Part shown: one piece after another, positions 30,499 through 41,555 of the stretch
Position numbering within the stretch: position 1 is the first letter of the stretch
How the letters are laid out: each line of letters starts with the position of its first letter
Assembly: GCA_039794005.1 (NCBI GenBank)
Contig: JBAMMA010000017.1
Span: 124,837 to 188,836, forward strand
Source of the DNA: Thermoplasmata archaeon
GTDB taxonomy: Archaea; Thermoplasmatota; Thermoplasmata; Thermoplasmatales; ARK-15
Direction of reading: 5' to 3'
Length of the DNA stretch: 64,000 nt
Notes under the pieces: model-generated
Told to the model about the DNA's origin: nothing
The model's input: only the letters and a program-made list of their open reading frames with translations
The model's database searches: none
Program-made: the position numbers and the translations under genes

Positions 30499-30750
30499 TT
30501 ATAAATATTTTTTTGAAATCTTCTTATCTTTTAATTCAAATATAAACCATGTTGAATCACCAATATCTATTTCTTCAGTTACAAATGCTTCATTTTTATC
30601 AAATAAAAATTTTTTATCTTTTTTGATTTTTTTCCATATGGGTTCAGTTATTTTTATTCCTATACCAAATTTAATAGGTTCTTCAGACATTATACAGTAA
30701 TTTTTTTCCGCCTTATCATTATCTATTTCTATCAGCACCATAATATTCAC
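30499..30750 (-). CDS. hypothetical protein
   Basis: 83 aa ORF overlapping gcvT stop by 4 nt. Confidence 0.6.
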   Translation of the reverse strand: MNIMVLIEIDNDKAEKNYCIMSEEPIKFGIGIKITEPIWKKIKKDKKFLFDKNEAFVTEEIDIGDSTWFIFELKDKKISKKYL

Positions 30751-31853
30751 CTTAATATCTTTGGTTTACTTACATTTGCCTTTAATAATTTATCTCTTAT
30801 CTGTATATCTACTATATCACCCAATTTAATATTTTTATCCAGATAACCTAATCCTATACCCTTCTTTAATATTGGAGACATTGTACCTGAGGTAATATAT
30901 CCAACTTCATTTCCATCTTTAAATATTTTATATCCATGTCTTGGGATACCATTATCTATCATTATGAATCCTCTGAATATCTGTTTATAATTTTCTTTAA
31001 TTTTTAGTAATGCCTCTTTACCTATAAAATCATGATCCCAATCAATAATCCATGATATAGATGCTTCTATGGGACTTTTATCCATATGGAAATCCTGACC
31101 CGATAATAACATGCCCTTTTCCATCCTTAAAGTATCTCTTGCGCCTAGACCGGCTGGTTTTAAATTAAATTCTTTTCCTTCATTTATTAACATATCCCAT
31201 ATTTCCTCTGCATATTCATTTGGGAATATTAATTCATATCCATTTTCACCTGTATATCCTGTTCTTGAAATCATTATCTTATTATATGGAAAGAAATCAT
31301 CCTCTCTGGTCTCTAAATTCTTTATAGATATAAAATCAAAATAAAAACTATTCATATTATCATAATTATAATTTGTTAACTTTTTCATTACATCAACGGA
31401 TTTTGGACCTTGTACCGCTATACTAGCATATAATAGTGTTCTATCTATAATATTTATATCATATCCATTTGATTTGCTTAATATCCAATTATATATCATA
31501 TCTGCTGTAGATGCATTGGGAATTAAAAGGGCCTTATTTTTATTGATTTTGTAAACTATAGTATCATCCAGCATAATTCCATTTTCGTTTAAATATGCTG
31601 AATATTTTGCCTGTTTTTCTACCATGTTAGAAAATTTTGTTGGTAATAAATAATCCAAAAATATTTCAGTATCTTTTCCTTCAATTATTATATCTCCCAT
31701 ATGAGAAACATCAAATATACTTACATTTGTTCTAGTATTAATATGCTCATCTATAATACCTGTATATTCTAAAGGCATTTCAAAACCAGCAAATTCTGTC
31801 ATTCTTGCCTTCAATTCGATATGCTTGTTATACAATGGAGTTCTTTTCGGCAT
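30747..31853 (-). CDS. gcvT: glycine cleavage system aminomethyltransferase
   Basis: FDVSHMG, SRTGYTGENGYE, GLGARDTLRMEKG. Confidence 0.96.
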   Translation of the reverse strand: MPKRTPLYNKHIELKARMTEFAGFEMPLEYTGIIDEHINTRTNVSIFDVSHMGDIIIEGKDTEIFLDYLLPTKFSNMVEKQAKYSAYLNENGIMLDDTIVYKINKNKALLIPNASTADMIYNWILSKSNGYDINIIDRTLLYASIAVQGPKSVDVMKKLTNYNYDNMNSFYFDFISIKNLETREDDFFPYNKIMISRTGYTGENGYELIFPNEYAEEIWDMLINEGKEFNLKPAGLGARDTLRMEKGMLLSGQDFHMDKSPIEASISWIIDWDHDFIGKEALLKIKENYKQIFRGFIMIDNGIPRHGYKIFKDGNEVGYITSGTMSPILKKGIGLGYLDKNIKLGDIVDIQIRDKLLKANVSKPKILR

Positions 31854-31917
31854 ATTTTCACCTAATATAATAAATGTTTATAACAATTTAAATTTTAATT
31901 ATTTTTTCCAGTGGAAA

Positions 31918-32502
31918 TCAGGGGGTGAGGGATACAAAATATTCATGTATTTTAGAATTGTTAGATAATTCAGGATGAAATGTTAATGCCAAATGTTTAC
32001 CATCTGTGATAATTACAGGATCTGTGTTGAAATAACCAAGAACATCTAGATTATTTCCCACCCTTATAATTTTAGGTGCCCTAATAAAAATTGCATGAAA
32101 ATTGTCATCTATATTTTTTATTTTTATATAGGCTTCAAATGAATTATACTGTCTTCCATAAGCATTTCTGGATACGTCAAAATCCATTAGGCCCATTCCG
32201 ACAACCCTTGAATCATTCGTATTTTTTGAAATTAAAATAGCACCAGCACAGGTACCCATTACCCTTAATCGATTTTTGCTTACCATTTCAACTATTTTAT
32301 CATAAATGCCTTTTCTTTTTGAAATGTTATATAAGGTTGTTGATTCGCCACCAGGTATGATTATTCCAGAGAGTGTTTCAAGATCTTCCTTATTTCTGAC
32401 TGAAATGACTTGACCATCAACATTCCTATTTTTCATCGCTATTTCAAGCATTCTAAAGTGTTCAGAAACATCCCCTTGAATATCTAAAACTCCATAATTC
32501 AT
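31918..32502 (-). CDS. pdxT: PLP synthase glutaminase subunit
   Basis: QGDVSEH, PGGEST, GTCAG, FIRAP, FHPEL. Confidence 0.96.
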   Translation of the reverse strand: MNYGVLDIQGDVSEHFRMLEIAMKNRNVDGQVISVRNKEDLETLSGIIIPGGESTTLYNISKRKGIYDKIVEMVSKNRLRVMGTCAGAILISKNTNDSRVVGMGLMDFDVSRNAYGRQYNSFEAYIKIKNIDDNFHAIFIRAPKIIRVGNNLDVLGYFNTDPVIITDGKHLALTFHPELSNNSKIHEYFVSLTP

Positions 32503-32548
32503 ATTGGGATGTTAATATCAAAAAATATTTAAAAATTTTAGAAAAAAT

Positions 32549-33499
32549 TTATTCTTGAGGTTTTTCATCCATGTTAATATTTAAAAGCCTGGAAATTTCT
32601 TTGTATCTGTTTCTAATGGTCACTTCTGTAACTCCAGCAACATCCGCAATTTCTTTCTGAGTTCTTACCTGGTTTTTAAGGGTAGATGCAATATATATTG
32701 CAGCGGCTGCAACGCCTGTAGGCCCTTTTCCAGAAACTATTCCCAATTCAGATGATTTTCTTATTATGTCCTCAGCTAATTCTTGAACGCTTTTATCTAG
32801 ATTTAACTTTGCGCAGAACTGTGGTAAATAAGATACTGGATTTGTCGGTTTTAAAGACAATTTCAATTCCTTTGTCAAATGTCTATATGATCTGCCAATC
32901 TTCTTCTTGCTCAATTCAGCAGCCTTTGCAATTTCATCCAATGTTCTTGGCATATTCACTTTCCTGCATGCAGCATAGATGCTGGCTGCAACAATGCTTT
33001 CAATACTTCTTCCCCTTATTAGATTGTTTTCTACAGCTTTTCTATATATTATTGCCGCATTTTCTTTAATATCTTTTGGAAGGCCCATCTTTGTTGCTAT
33101 GGTATTCAATTCCTGCAATGCTATCGATAAATTTCTTTCTGCAGAATTGCTCACCCTAATCCTTTGGTGCCATTTCCTTACCCTATACATTTGTGCCCTA
33201 TTCCTATGGGGAATCCTTTTTCCATAGGAATCTTTGTTTGACCATGAAATTTCCGTAGCCAGACCCTTGTCATGACTTAAGTAATTCGTTGGAGCACCAG
33301 TCCTTGCCCTTTTCTCTTCCTGTTCACTATCAAAAGCTCTCCATTCTGGTCCTTGATCTATATATGTGTCATCTAAAACGTGGCCACAATCTTTGCATAT
33401 TAGTTCGCCACGCTCATAATCATATATAAAATGTGTTGAACCACATTTTGGACAAACATGCTTCTGGCCCTCTTCAAAATTATCGGTCATCGGAACCAC
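32549..33499 (-). CDS. tfb: transcription initiation factor IIB
   Basis: Zn ribbon CPKC..CKDC, GPEWRAF, GVTEVTIRNRY. Confidence 0.97.
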   Translation of the reverse strand: MVPMTDNFEEGQKHVCPKCGSTHFIYDYERGELICKDCGHVLDDTYIDQGPEWRAFDSEQEEKRARTGAPTNYLSHDKGLATEISWSNKDSYGKRIPHRNRAQMYRVRKWHQRIRVSNSAERNLSIALQELNTIATKMGLPKDIKENAAIIYRKAVENNLIRGRSIESIVAASIYAACRKVNMPRTLDEIAKAAELSKKKIGRSYRHLTKELKLSLKPTNPVSYLPQFCAKLNLDKSVQELAEDIIRKSSELGIVSGKGPTGVAAAAIYIASTLKNQVRTQKEIADVAGVTEVTIRNRYKEISRLLNINMDEKPQE

Positions 33500-33559
33500 C
33501 AGTATCGGAAAATTTAATAAAAGGAAAAAAGATATAAAGTTTTTCCAGATAGAAACATT

Positions 33560-34810
33560 TTAATACATCTTCAGAAAATCTTCCCTTTTTCCTTTTATTG
33601 TTGCGTCAAATCCTATTTTTGTTGTAATGTCATTTTCATATCTTGAAGGATCAAGTGAACTTCCCTTTTCTCTTTTAATTATCATATCTCTATCTCCCTG
33701 GAATCTTGTAGCAAGGGACCATTCAACATCTTCCATATTGTTTATGTCTATATCCTCATCTACTATTATAACATGTTTTAAGCTCTTGTGCCCCTCGAAA
33801 GCACCTTCTATTGCCTTTTTTCCATCTTCTTCATGTTCCTTCTTTATTTTAACTATTGCATGAAGCCATGAAGATCCTCCGTATGTTAATTTTACATCTA
33901 ATACATTCACACCCTTCTCTTTTACTGATTTATATATCGTTGGTTCCCTTGGCATCCCCATAAGGTTATAGTGTTCATAATATCCGGATAATAATACATG
34001 GAATACAGAATCCTCTTTATAATGCATTTTCTCAAAATAAACAATAGGCTGATCGTATTTTATGTCATAAGTTCTTGTAATGTCAAGAAATGGCCCTTCA
34101 ACAGGATATGTATCCAATGTTATCTTTGCCTCAAATATATATTCACTTTCAAGAGGTGCATAAATATTATTTGATAACTTTATCATTTTTTCTCTCTCAT
34201 TCATTGTTATATATCTAAGAGATGATGCTATTTTTGATTCATCAATGTTATAATCAACCGATGTCGCTGCGGCCAGAAGGAATGTGGGGAAGGCTCCAAC
34301 AACAATATTTATTTTTAATTCTTCACCGTTAGATTTTGCATCATTGTACATTTTAAAAAGATCTCTTGGAACCAATCTTATTGCAGCCCTTTTTTCATCA
34401 ATTACCATCATCCTATGAAATGATACATTCCTCTTGTTTTTATATTCTGAAAATACGATTGCAGATGTTAAATAATTTGAACCTTCCTTTTCAAAGTATT
34501 TTGGTATCGGTAATTCCCTTAAATTTACATCTTTTGTGGTTTTATATGGAAATGAATCAACAACATCATAATCCATTGGATTATCTATTGCATATAACAT
34601 GCTTTTTAGAATATCCGAATTATTCAACACTTTTGATATATTTTTTCTATCTGCCCATATATTTCCGGCAGCCATATATCCATCAATATTTTCAAAGAAG
34701 ACGGGTTGGAAAGGATATTTTAAAAGATATTTTGTAACCTCCAAATTTTTGCTTACCTTTTCTTTAACATATATGGTATTTTCAAATCTTTTTATTAATT
34801 TATAATACAT
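33560..34810 (-). CDS. UbiD family prFMN-dependent decarboxylase
   Basis: RNVSFHRM, EGPFLD, VDEDIDI, WSLATRFQ, GSSLDPS. Confidence 0.9.
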   Translation of the reverse strand: MYYKLIKRFENTIYVKEKVSKNLEVTKYLLKYPFQPVFFENIDGYMAAGNIWADRKNISKVLNNSDILKSMLYAIDNPMDYDVVDSFPYKTTKDVNLRELPIPKYFEKEGSNYLTSAIVFSEYKNKRNVSFHRMMVIDEKRAAIRLVPRDLFKMYNDAKSNGEELKINIVVGAFPTFLLAAATSVDYNIDESKIASSLRYITMNEREKMIKLSNNIYAPLESEYIFEAKITLDTYPVEGPFLDITRTYDIKYDQPIVYFEKMHYKEDSVFHVLLSGYYEHYNLMGMPREPTIYKSVKEKGVNVLDVKLTYGGSSWLHAIVKIKKEHEEDGKKAIEGAFEGHKSLKHVIIVDEDIDINNMEDVEWSLATRFQGDRDMIIKREKGSSLDPSRYENDITTKIGFDATIKGKREDFLKMY

Positions 34811-34841
34811 ATTTTACAATATAACAATAAATTTAATATTT

Positions 34842-35702
34842 TTATTCCTCGAAATTAATATCGATTTGATCATATCCTTTTTTATACAATTCCTTTCTAT
34901 GTGCTTCAAGCATTAAATTATCTTCATTGTTCATTTCTGCATATGTGAAAACATTGCCATTTTTAAAAATTTCATATAGTATCTCTCTATATTTTAAATC
35001 CCTCAAAAGATGATGGTCAATTACCACCTTCCCTATTTCATTTGAAATTATTTTTAAATTTTCGATAGATCTATCTAAATCCCTTCTTGAGAATTTATAT
35101 CCAAGAAAGTATGTTGGTGGGCCATCAATCACAACAACATCTGGGTTTTCTCTCAAAATAAAATCTCTTACATTCTCAACTATGGGTCCCTCTACATCTG
35201 AAGTGTACAAAATTTTCTCATCACTTTCTATAACAACAGAAACTACGTAACCAAGTTTTGAATCCTCATTTCCATGGTGAAATGGTTCTGAAAAAAATAT
35301 TTTCGTATTTTTAAATTCATATTCTTTAGAATCTGCAATTGAATAATCTGATATTTTTGTAAGAAAATATTCAGCCCTTAACCTTTGGCTTCTATTTATT
35401 TTATTATTTGGATCCTTTAATATGATTTTTTTATCTTTATAAAAATCATCATCTGGATCGTAATGATCATAATGGTAATGTGTAATTATTATAACATCCG
35501 AATCTTTTGCAATTTTATTTATTTTCCTTTTACATTCCAATAATTTTTGATATTCAATTTTTGTAGGCCTAAGGCCATATCTATAAGGACCTAAGGATGC
35601 AGATGGATCGATGATAATCTTTACATCACTCCTTATAAAAACACTCATAGATCTTACTCCCATAGAATCTGAACATAGATATTCTATTTCCATTTTTATC
35701 AA
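34842..35702 (-). CDS. metallo-beta-lactamase fold protein (UPF0282-like)
   Basis: DSMGVRS, THYHYDH, DGPPTY, DHHLLRD. Confidence 0.85.
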   Translation of the reverse strand: MIKMEIEYLCSDSMGVRSMSVFIRSDVKIIIDPSASLGPYRYGLRPTKIEYQKLLECKRKINKIAKDSDVIIITHYHYDHYDPDDDFYKDKKIILKDPNNKINRSQRLRAEYFLTKISDYSIADSKEYEFKNTKIFFSEPFHHGNEDSKLGYVVSVVIESDEKILYTSDVEGPIVENVRDFILRENPDVVVIDGPPTYFLGYKFSRRDLDRSIENLKIISNEIGKVVIDHHLLRDLKYREILYEIFKNGNVFTYAEMNNEDNLMLEAHRKELYKKGYDQIDINFEE

Positions 35703-35814
35703 AAAAATATCAGAAATTAATTTATTATTTTTATTTATTTTTAAAGAGAATAATTAATAAAAATGTCAAATTAGCAAAAAATTTTAAATATATAATTTAA
35801 TATAAAAAAACTTG

Positions 35815-36549
35815 ATGCGATTGTTAATAAATTTAACATCCGATAAACATGTTCCAAAAGAATATTTTAACAAATATTATTTTCAGAGTTCTATATATTT
35901 TAATTTGATAAATACAAATTTTGAAAATCTCCATAATAAGAAGGGATTTAAATTTTTCACTTTTAGCGATTTTTTTCCCTCTGGCGATCTTGAACCAAAT
36001 AAGATAAAGAGTGTAATCATATCTTCACCGAATAAAGATTTCATCAAAACATTGTTCGATAAGATGAATGATAATGGATTAATATATTTGTCTGAGAAAA
36101 AACTGAATATTTCATCTCTAAAAGTTTATGAGATTAAAAATGTGCCAAAGATTTTCGAGACAGGAAGTCCAATAGTTTTACAGGTGGAGAAAAAATATAA
36201 CAAATATTTTTCCTTTAAAAATAATAATAGCATTTCATGTTTCTTAAGGCGTTTAAAAGAAAATGCAATTAAAAAATATACCACATATTATAACATTGAA
36301 GAATTTAATTTTGAAGAATTTATATTTGATGAATTAATGTTTAAAAGAGAGGTTGTTGTAAATTTAAAAAAGAATGGAAAAAATTTCTTAATGATAGGAT
36401 CTACATGGTATTATTTAAAAAAGATTCGCATATCTAATGATCTGTTGAATTTTTATAGATTTATAATGGAAGCTGGTTTAGGCGAAAAGAATAGTTTGGG
36501 TTTCGGTTTTATAAATCCAAAGAAAATTAAGGATAAAAGAATCAAATAA
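35815..36549 (+). CDS. cas6: CRISPR-associated endoribonuclease Cas6
   Basis: LHNKKGFKFFTFS, C-terminal G-loop GLGEKNSLGFG. Confidence 0.9.
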   Translation: MRLLINLTSDKHVPKEYFNKYYFQSSIYFNLINTNFENLHNKKGFKFFTFSDFFPSGDLEPNKIKSVIISSPNKDFIKTLFDKMNDNGLIYLSEKKLNISSLKVYEIKNVPKIFETGSPIVLQVEKKYNKYFSFKNNNSISCFLRRLKENAIKKYTTYYNIEEFNFEEFIFDELMFKREVVVNLKKNGKNFLMIGSTWYYLKKIRISNDLLNFYRFIMEAGLGEKNSLGFGFINPKKIKDKRIK

Positions 36550-36591
36550 TTTTATAATAAAATTGAAAATGAATAAAAAATAAAAATCATT

Positions 36592-37875
36592 GTGAATATT
36601 ATAAATGATATGAGAAAAAAAATGGTCGGCTTTAAAGAAGACGTTAAAATTGAAGATATGCTGGAAGAATTCAGAAAATATATAGGAAAATCTGATAGGT
36701 ATGAAACGATCGATGTTTTAGAATCTTTAAACAGATTTTCATTTTCGGATATATATTCTAATAATAATATACCAGAATATGATAGGGCTGTTGTGGATGG
36801 ATTTGCCGTAAATTTCAACGATGTTCTCGGGGCATCAATAAACAATCCTGTAAGATTAAAAGTTTCCAATACAATATATCCAAATGATAAAAATGAATAC
36901 ATTTTGGAAAATGGACATGCCTATAGGATATTCACCGGAGCTAAGATACCCAAAAATGCAGATTGTGTTATAATGGTTGAAGATTGTATTGATTATGGAG
37001 ATGAAGTGGATGTGCAAAAATCATGCTTTAATTATCAAAATATTTCTAGAAAAGGTGAAGATCTATCAGTAGGCCAAAAGATAATTTCGGCTGGAACAAA
37101 GATCACACCTTACCACATAGCATCATTAATATCTGCGAATTTCGAAAAAATAGATGTTTTCAAAAGAATAAGGGTAGGAATTATAAATACTGGGGATGAG
37201 TTGTTTGATAAAGATTTTAAAAATACCACTGGAATGATGCTCTATTCTTTATCCAAACATTATGATATGGAACCAAAGTTATACATGTCTCGTGACAACG
37301 AGGAGGAATTAAAAAGAAAATTGATTGAATCCTTGTCTGAAAATGATATAGTATTTACAACTGGCGGCTCTAGTGTAGGAGAGAAGGATATCGTTCCTGA
37401 AGTAATCAATTCAATGAACCCGGAAATTTTTATGCATGGTGTTTCAATGAGACCTGCAAGATCCACAGGTTTTTCAATCATAAATAAAAAACCAGTGATA
37501 TTACTATCGGGTTTTCCAGTTGCATCTTTCATATCTTTTTCTCTTTTCATAAATGAATTTATGAAAAAATTTTATGGATCATTACCTATGAGGTCTCCGA
37601 TAATAAAGGGAAAGATTACTAGGAGATTTACGAACAACCCAGGAATTAGGAGTTTTGTCAGAGTGAAAGTATATAAAGATGGAAATCAAATATTTGTAGA
37701 ACCTCTTAGATTGACAGGTTCTGGAATTCTATCTACATTGACAGAGGCCAACGGAATACTGGTTTTAGAAGAACATGTGGAAGGATATGATGAAGGTGAT
37801 GAAGTAACAGTCTTTTTGACACAACCAGTAGGAGATGAAAATAGTTTTATCTTTCCATATATTCAGTTCATGTGA
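36592..37875 (+). CDS. moeA: molybdopterin molybdotransferase MoeA
   Basis: DRAVVDGFAV, IFTGA, TGDEL, TGGSSVG. Confidence 0.92.
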   Translation: MNIINDMRKKMVGFKEDVKIEDMLEEFRKYIGKSDRYETIDVLESLNRFSFSDIYSNNNIPEYDRAVVDGFAVNFNDVLGASINNPVRLKVSNTIYPNDKNEYILENGHAYRIFTGAKIPKNADCVIMVEDCIDYGDEVDVQKSCFNYQNISRKGEDLSVGQKIISAGTKITPYHIASLISANFEKIDVFKRIRVGIINTGDELFDKDFKNTTGMMLYSLSKHYDMEPKLYMSRDNEEELKRKLIESLSENDIVFTTGGSSVGEKDIVPEVINSMNPEIFMHGVSMRPARSTGFSIINKKPVILLSGFPVASFISFSLFINEFMKKFYGSLPMRSPIIKGKITRRFTNNPGIRSFVRVKVYKDGNQIFVEPLRLTGSGILSTLTEANGILVLEEHVEGYDEGDEVTVFLTQPVGDENSFIFPYIQFM

Positions 37876-39812
37876 TAAAAATGAAAATTTATCATAATCT
37901 AATAACATTAGAAGATGCAAAAATCATATTAAGAAATCTTTTGGATAAAATAAAATTGGATGTTGAAGAAATAGATTTAAAAAATTCTTATGGAAGAATT
38001 TTAGCTGAAGAAATATCCTCAAAGATAGATTCCCCTCCATTTGATAGGTCTGAGGTTGATGGTTATGCAGTAAACCATTTATCTTTAATAGGCGCTGAGG
38101 AAGATAATCCAGTAAAATTGAAGGTAAAATTTTCAATAAACCCTGGAGAATATGTAAATGAACATATAAATTTAAATGAAGCTGCTGAAATATCAACAGG
38201 TTCAATGATTCCAAAAGGTGCGAATGCTGTTGTTATGGAGGAATATACTAAAAGGGTAGGAGAATATGTAGAAATATATAGATCTGTATCTCCTGGAGAA
38301 AACATTGCATTCACTGGAAGCGATGTTTTAATAGGCGATATAACGCTTTCTAAAATGACCAAGCTAGATAGCGCTAAGATAGCACTCATAGCATCTCTTG
38401 GTTATTCAAAAATTAAGGTGTATAGAAAAATAAGGGCTGGAATATTATCCACAGGCAATGAAATTTTACCACCAGGGGAAGAACTGAAACCAGGAAAATT
38501 ATATGATTCAAATTCCTATTCAATTACTTCATATTTAAATATGCTCGATATTGATTGGAAATTCTATGGAATAGCAAGAGATGATGAAAATGATATAAAG
38601 GAAAAAATATTTAAAGCATTAGAAGAACAGGATATTGTTTTTACGTCTGGAAGCACATCAGCCGGAAAGGGAGATATCATTTATAAAATAATTGAAGAAA
38701 ATGGAAAACTTTTATTTCACGGACTTTTAATAAAACCAGGTAAACCCACGCTCCTCGGTATAATGAATGATAAAATTGTTATTGGACTCCCTGGATTTCC
38801 ATTCTCATCTTTATCTGTTCTTGAATTTTTAATTAAACCGGTTTTCATGGATTATTTAAAAATTCCGAATAAACAGATAAAATTAAATGCTAAAAGTATG
38901 ATAAAAATAAAATCATCCAAAAATGTAGATGAATTTATACCAGTAGGAATAATTAAAAGAATGGGCGAATACTATTTCTATCCCGTGAATTCACAGTCAG
39001 GATCAATAACATCAATGATATTTTCAGACGGCATAGCCATTATACCAATGAATAAAAATTATATTGAAGAAAATGAAAATGTAGAAATAAGTTTAATAAA
39101 CAATGAGTTTGAAAATTACGATATAATAGGGATAGGAAGTCATTGCCCTTTATTAGATGATATATTAATAGACTATAAGAGGGCAAAATATATAAGAACA
39201 GGATCGACTGCAGGGTGGGTCTCAATTGAAAAAAATATAGCTGAATTTGCCGGGACCCATTTGTTGGATGAAAATACCTTGGAATACAACATACCTTTTA
39301 TTGAAAAGTACAGGCTAAAAGATAAAGCCAAAATAGTAAGGGGATATGGAAGAATGCAGGGGTTTGTTGTTAAAAAAGGAAACCCAAAAGATATAAAGGG
39401 CTTTGAAGATTTATTGAGAGAAGATGTTGTTATTGTAAACAGGGTTAAAGGTTCAGGTACTAGGACACTCTTAGATATAAATCTTAAAAAGATCGCAGAA
39501 AAGGAAAATGTAGATTTTAAAGAATTGATACAGGATATAAAGGGTTACTATTTTGAAGGAAAAACTCATTCCTCTGTTGCTGCTGCAGTTTCACAGGGAA
39601 GGGCAGATGTTGGCCTTACTATAGAATATTATGCATATTTATACAATCTGGATTTTATACCAATTCAGTCTGAAATATTTGATCTCCTGGTCTCAAACCA
39701 AAGTGAAAAAATAGACGAATTTATAGAATATTTCATAAATGCCGTAAAGGAAAAGTATAGTAAATACAAAGGTTATAAATTATTGGAGGATACGGGTAAA
39801 ATATATTATTAA
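37872..39812 (+). CDS. moeA: MoeA fused to C-terminal periplasmic-binding-protein-like domain
   Basis: PPFDRSEVDGYA, IKPGKPT; C-terminal GSHC, AGTHL, NRVKGSGTR. Confidence 0.9.
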   Translation: MIKMKIYHNLITLEDAKIILRNLLDKIKLDVEEIDLKNSYGRILAEEISSKIDSPPFDRSEVDGYAVNHLSLIGAEEDNPVKLKVKFSINPGEYVNEHINLNEAAEISTGSMIPKGANAVVMEEYTKRVGEYVEIYRSVSPGENIAFTGSDVLIGDITLSKMTKLDSAKIALIASLGYSKIKVYRKIRAGILSTGNEILPPGEELKPGKLYDSNSYSITSYLNMLDIDWKFYGIARDDENDIKEKIFKALEEQDIVFTSGSTSAGKGDIIYKIIEENGKLLFHGLLIKPGKPTLLGIMNDKIVIGLPGFPFSSLSVLEFLIKPVFMDYLKIPNKQIKLNAKSMIKIKSSKNVDEFIPVGIIKRMGEYYFYPVNSQSGSITSMIFSDGIAIIPMNKNYIEENENVEISLINNEFENYDIIGIGSHCPLLDDILIDYKRAKYIRTGSTAGWVSIEKNIAEFAGTHLLDENTLEYNIPFIEKYRLKDKAKIVRGYGRMQGFVVKKGNPKDIKGFEDLLREDVVIVNRVKGSGTRTLLDINLKKIAEKENVDFKELIQDIKGYYFEGKTHSSVAAAVSQGRADVGLTIEYYAYLYNLDFIPIQSEIFDLLVSNQSEKIDEFIEYFINAVKEKYSKYKGYKLLEDTGKIYY

Positions 39813-40450
39813 ATCAATATATTTAATAATTTGGCCAAATCCTTTTCGTATATTGTAAAATCGGCAAAATCCACAATTTTTTCAGTAAATGGATTGAAGG
39901 CAATCGAAATATCTGAATTTACAAACATGGGTATATCAACAATACCATCCCCTACTGAAACAATTTTCTTAAATTTTATATTTTGAGAATAAATGAATGA
40001 AAGCATTGCAATATCTTTTCTATATGGATTTAAATTTAAAATTCCTCTGCCAGTTAATCTTCCATTCTTTTCATCTATTACGTTCGATATTTGATAATCC
40101 ATACCCAATTTCTTCAGAATTAAACTAGCAAGTATATCCGGGCTACCTGTAATTATAACCGTTATATAACCATTCTCTTTCAATTTTTTAATCGTATATT
40201 CTGCATTTTTCATTGTTGGAATATTTTCATATATTTTTTCAAGTTTTTTTCTATTCAAATTTTTGTCTTTTTCAATCCAGAGTGAAATGTCCAATTCAAC
40301 AAATTTTTCGTAATCTATTTTTCCACTGTTAAAAAGTTCGATATTTTTCGAATTGTCAACCTTGTAAAATTTGTGTATGAAATACCAACCACTTCTGCAA
40401 TCGGTCAAAACTCCATCCATGTCGAAGAATATCACTTTATCTCTTTCCAT
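39809..40450 (-). CDS. HAD-IB family phosphatase (phosphoserine phosphatase-like)
   Basis: FDMDGVL motif I, VGDGIVD motif IV. Confidence 0.85.
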   Translation of the reverse strand: MERDKVIFFDMDGVLTDCRSGWYFIHKFYKVDNSKNIELFNSGKIDYEKFVELDISLWIEKDKNLNRKKLEKIYENIPTMKNAEYTIKKLKENGYITVIITGSPDILASLILKKLGMDYQISNVIDEKNGRLTGRGILNLNPYRKDIAMLSFIYSQNIKFKKIVSVGDGIVDIPMFVNSDISIAFNPFTEKIVDFADFTIYEKDLAKLLNILI

Positions 40451-40491
40451 TTTAATTTAAATTAATAGATCAAAAATAAAAATTTATCTTT

Positions 40492-41550
40492 TTAATAATG
40501 AAAAACCTTTTTGACATATCTTGATTCCATTAATTGTAATAGGCTTGGATAAAGGGGATAAAATGCAAGTCTATCACCCACCTTAATATCTCTTTTTATA
40601 TTCCTTATATCCAATATCATGTGATCTCCAGAACCTCCCAAAATTTTAACATCTTCCAATGGTATCAACGCATCAAATTCCACATCATGTTTCCCCATTG
40701 CCAAAATTGCCCTTTTTATTAAGCCAATATTTTCAAACTTCGGTATTTTTCCAAATGCATCCCTTCCAATTTCTCCATCAGGTATCGTTGGCTTTTCATC
40801 AATTTCTATTATTTCACCCTCAACTACGAACGTATCCTGTCTCAAATAATCGATCTTCCTATCATTTGTAGTGTCTCGACCTAAAGCTATTGCCTCACCT
40901 ATTCTTAATTGATTTACCCCCTTTAAAAGACCCATTTCATAAAGTATTAGGGTATCAGTTGCACCTCCACTCATTATATTTATATTAAATCCATGTTCTT
41001 CCAGCATTTTACCAATTTCTAAAAATTCTTCCAACTTTTTTACAGTAGGTTTTACACCTCCATAACATCCTAGGTTCATTGCTATTCCTTCAACATTTAA
41101 ATTTGGAAGTTTATATATTAAATTAAAAAATTCTAACAACCTCTCTTTTAATACTCCTTCTCTTAAATCACCCATTTCAACCATAACAATAATCGAATAT
41201 TTTTTATCAAAATTCCTTGCATATAATGATAATGATTTTGCAACATCATACTCAGTTATTATTGCACCATCCGAATATTTCACACTTAACTTAGATTCAG
41301 AAATCATGGGAGACCTTATCTGATATATCCTTTCCCTAATACCACCTTTTCTCAATCTGTAAATATTCTGAATCCTTGAATCTCCAAAAAGTGTTATCCC
41401 GGATTCTAAGAGTGTTTTTGCATAATATGGGTGGCCACTCATAACCTTCGTTACACCCATAATCTCTATTTTATTCTTAGAAAGCCTGTTATAAAGTTCA
41501 GTAGAATTAAACTTAATCTTATCTAAAAAAATATGTAAAAGGGGATACAT
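40492..41550 (-). CDS. alanine/ornithine racemase family PLP enzyme
   Basis: GVTKV PLP lysine, GDSRIQN, GDLREG, LRIGEAI, GGSGDH. Confidence 0.85.
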   Translation of the reverse strand: MYPLLHIFLDKIKFNSTELYNRLSKNKIEIMGVTKVMSGHPYYAKTLLESGITLFGDSRIQNIYRLRKGGIRERIYQIRSPMISESKLSVKYSDGAIITEYDVAKSLSLYARNFDKKYSIIVMVEMGDLREGVLKERLLEFFNLIYKLPNLNVEGIAMNLGCYGGVKPTVKKLEEFLEIGKMLEEHGFNINIMSGGATDTLILYEMGLLKGVNQLRIGEAIALGRDTTNDRKIDYLRQDTFVVEGEIIEIDEKPTIPDGEIGRDAFGKIPKFENIGLIKRAILAMGKHDVEFDALIPLEDVKILGGSGDHMILDIRNIKRDIKVGDRLAFYPLYPSLLQLMESRYVKKVFHY

Positions 41551-41555
41551 TATTT

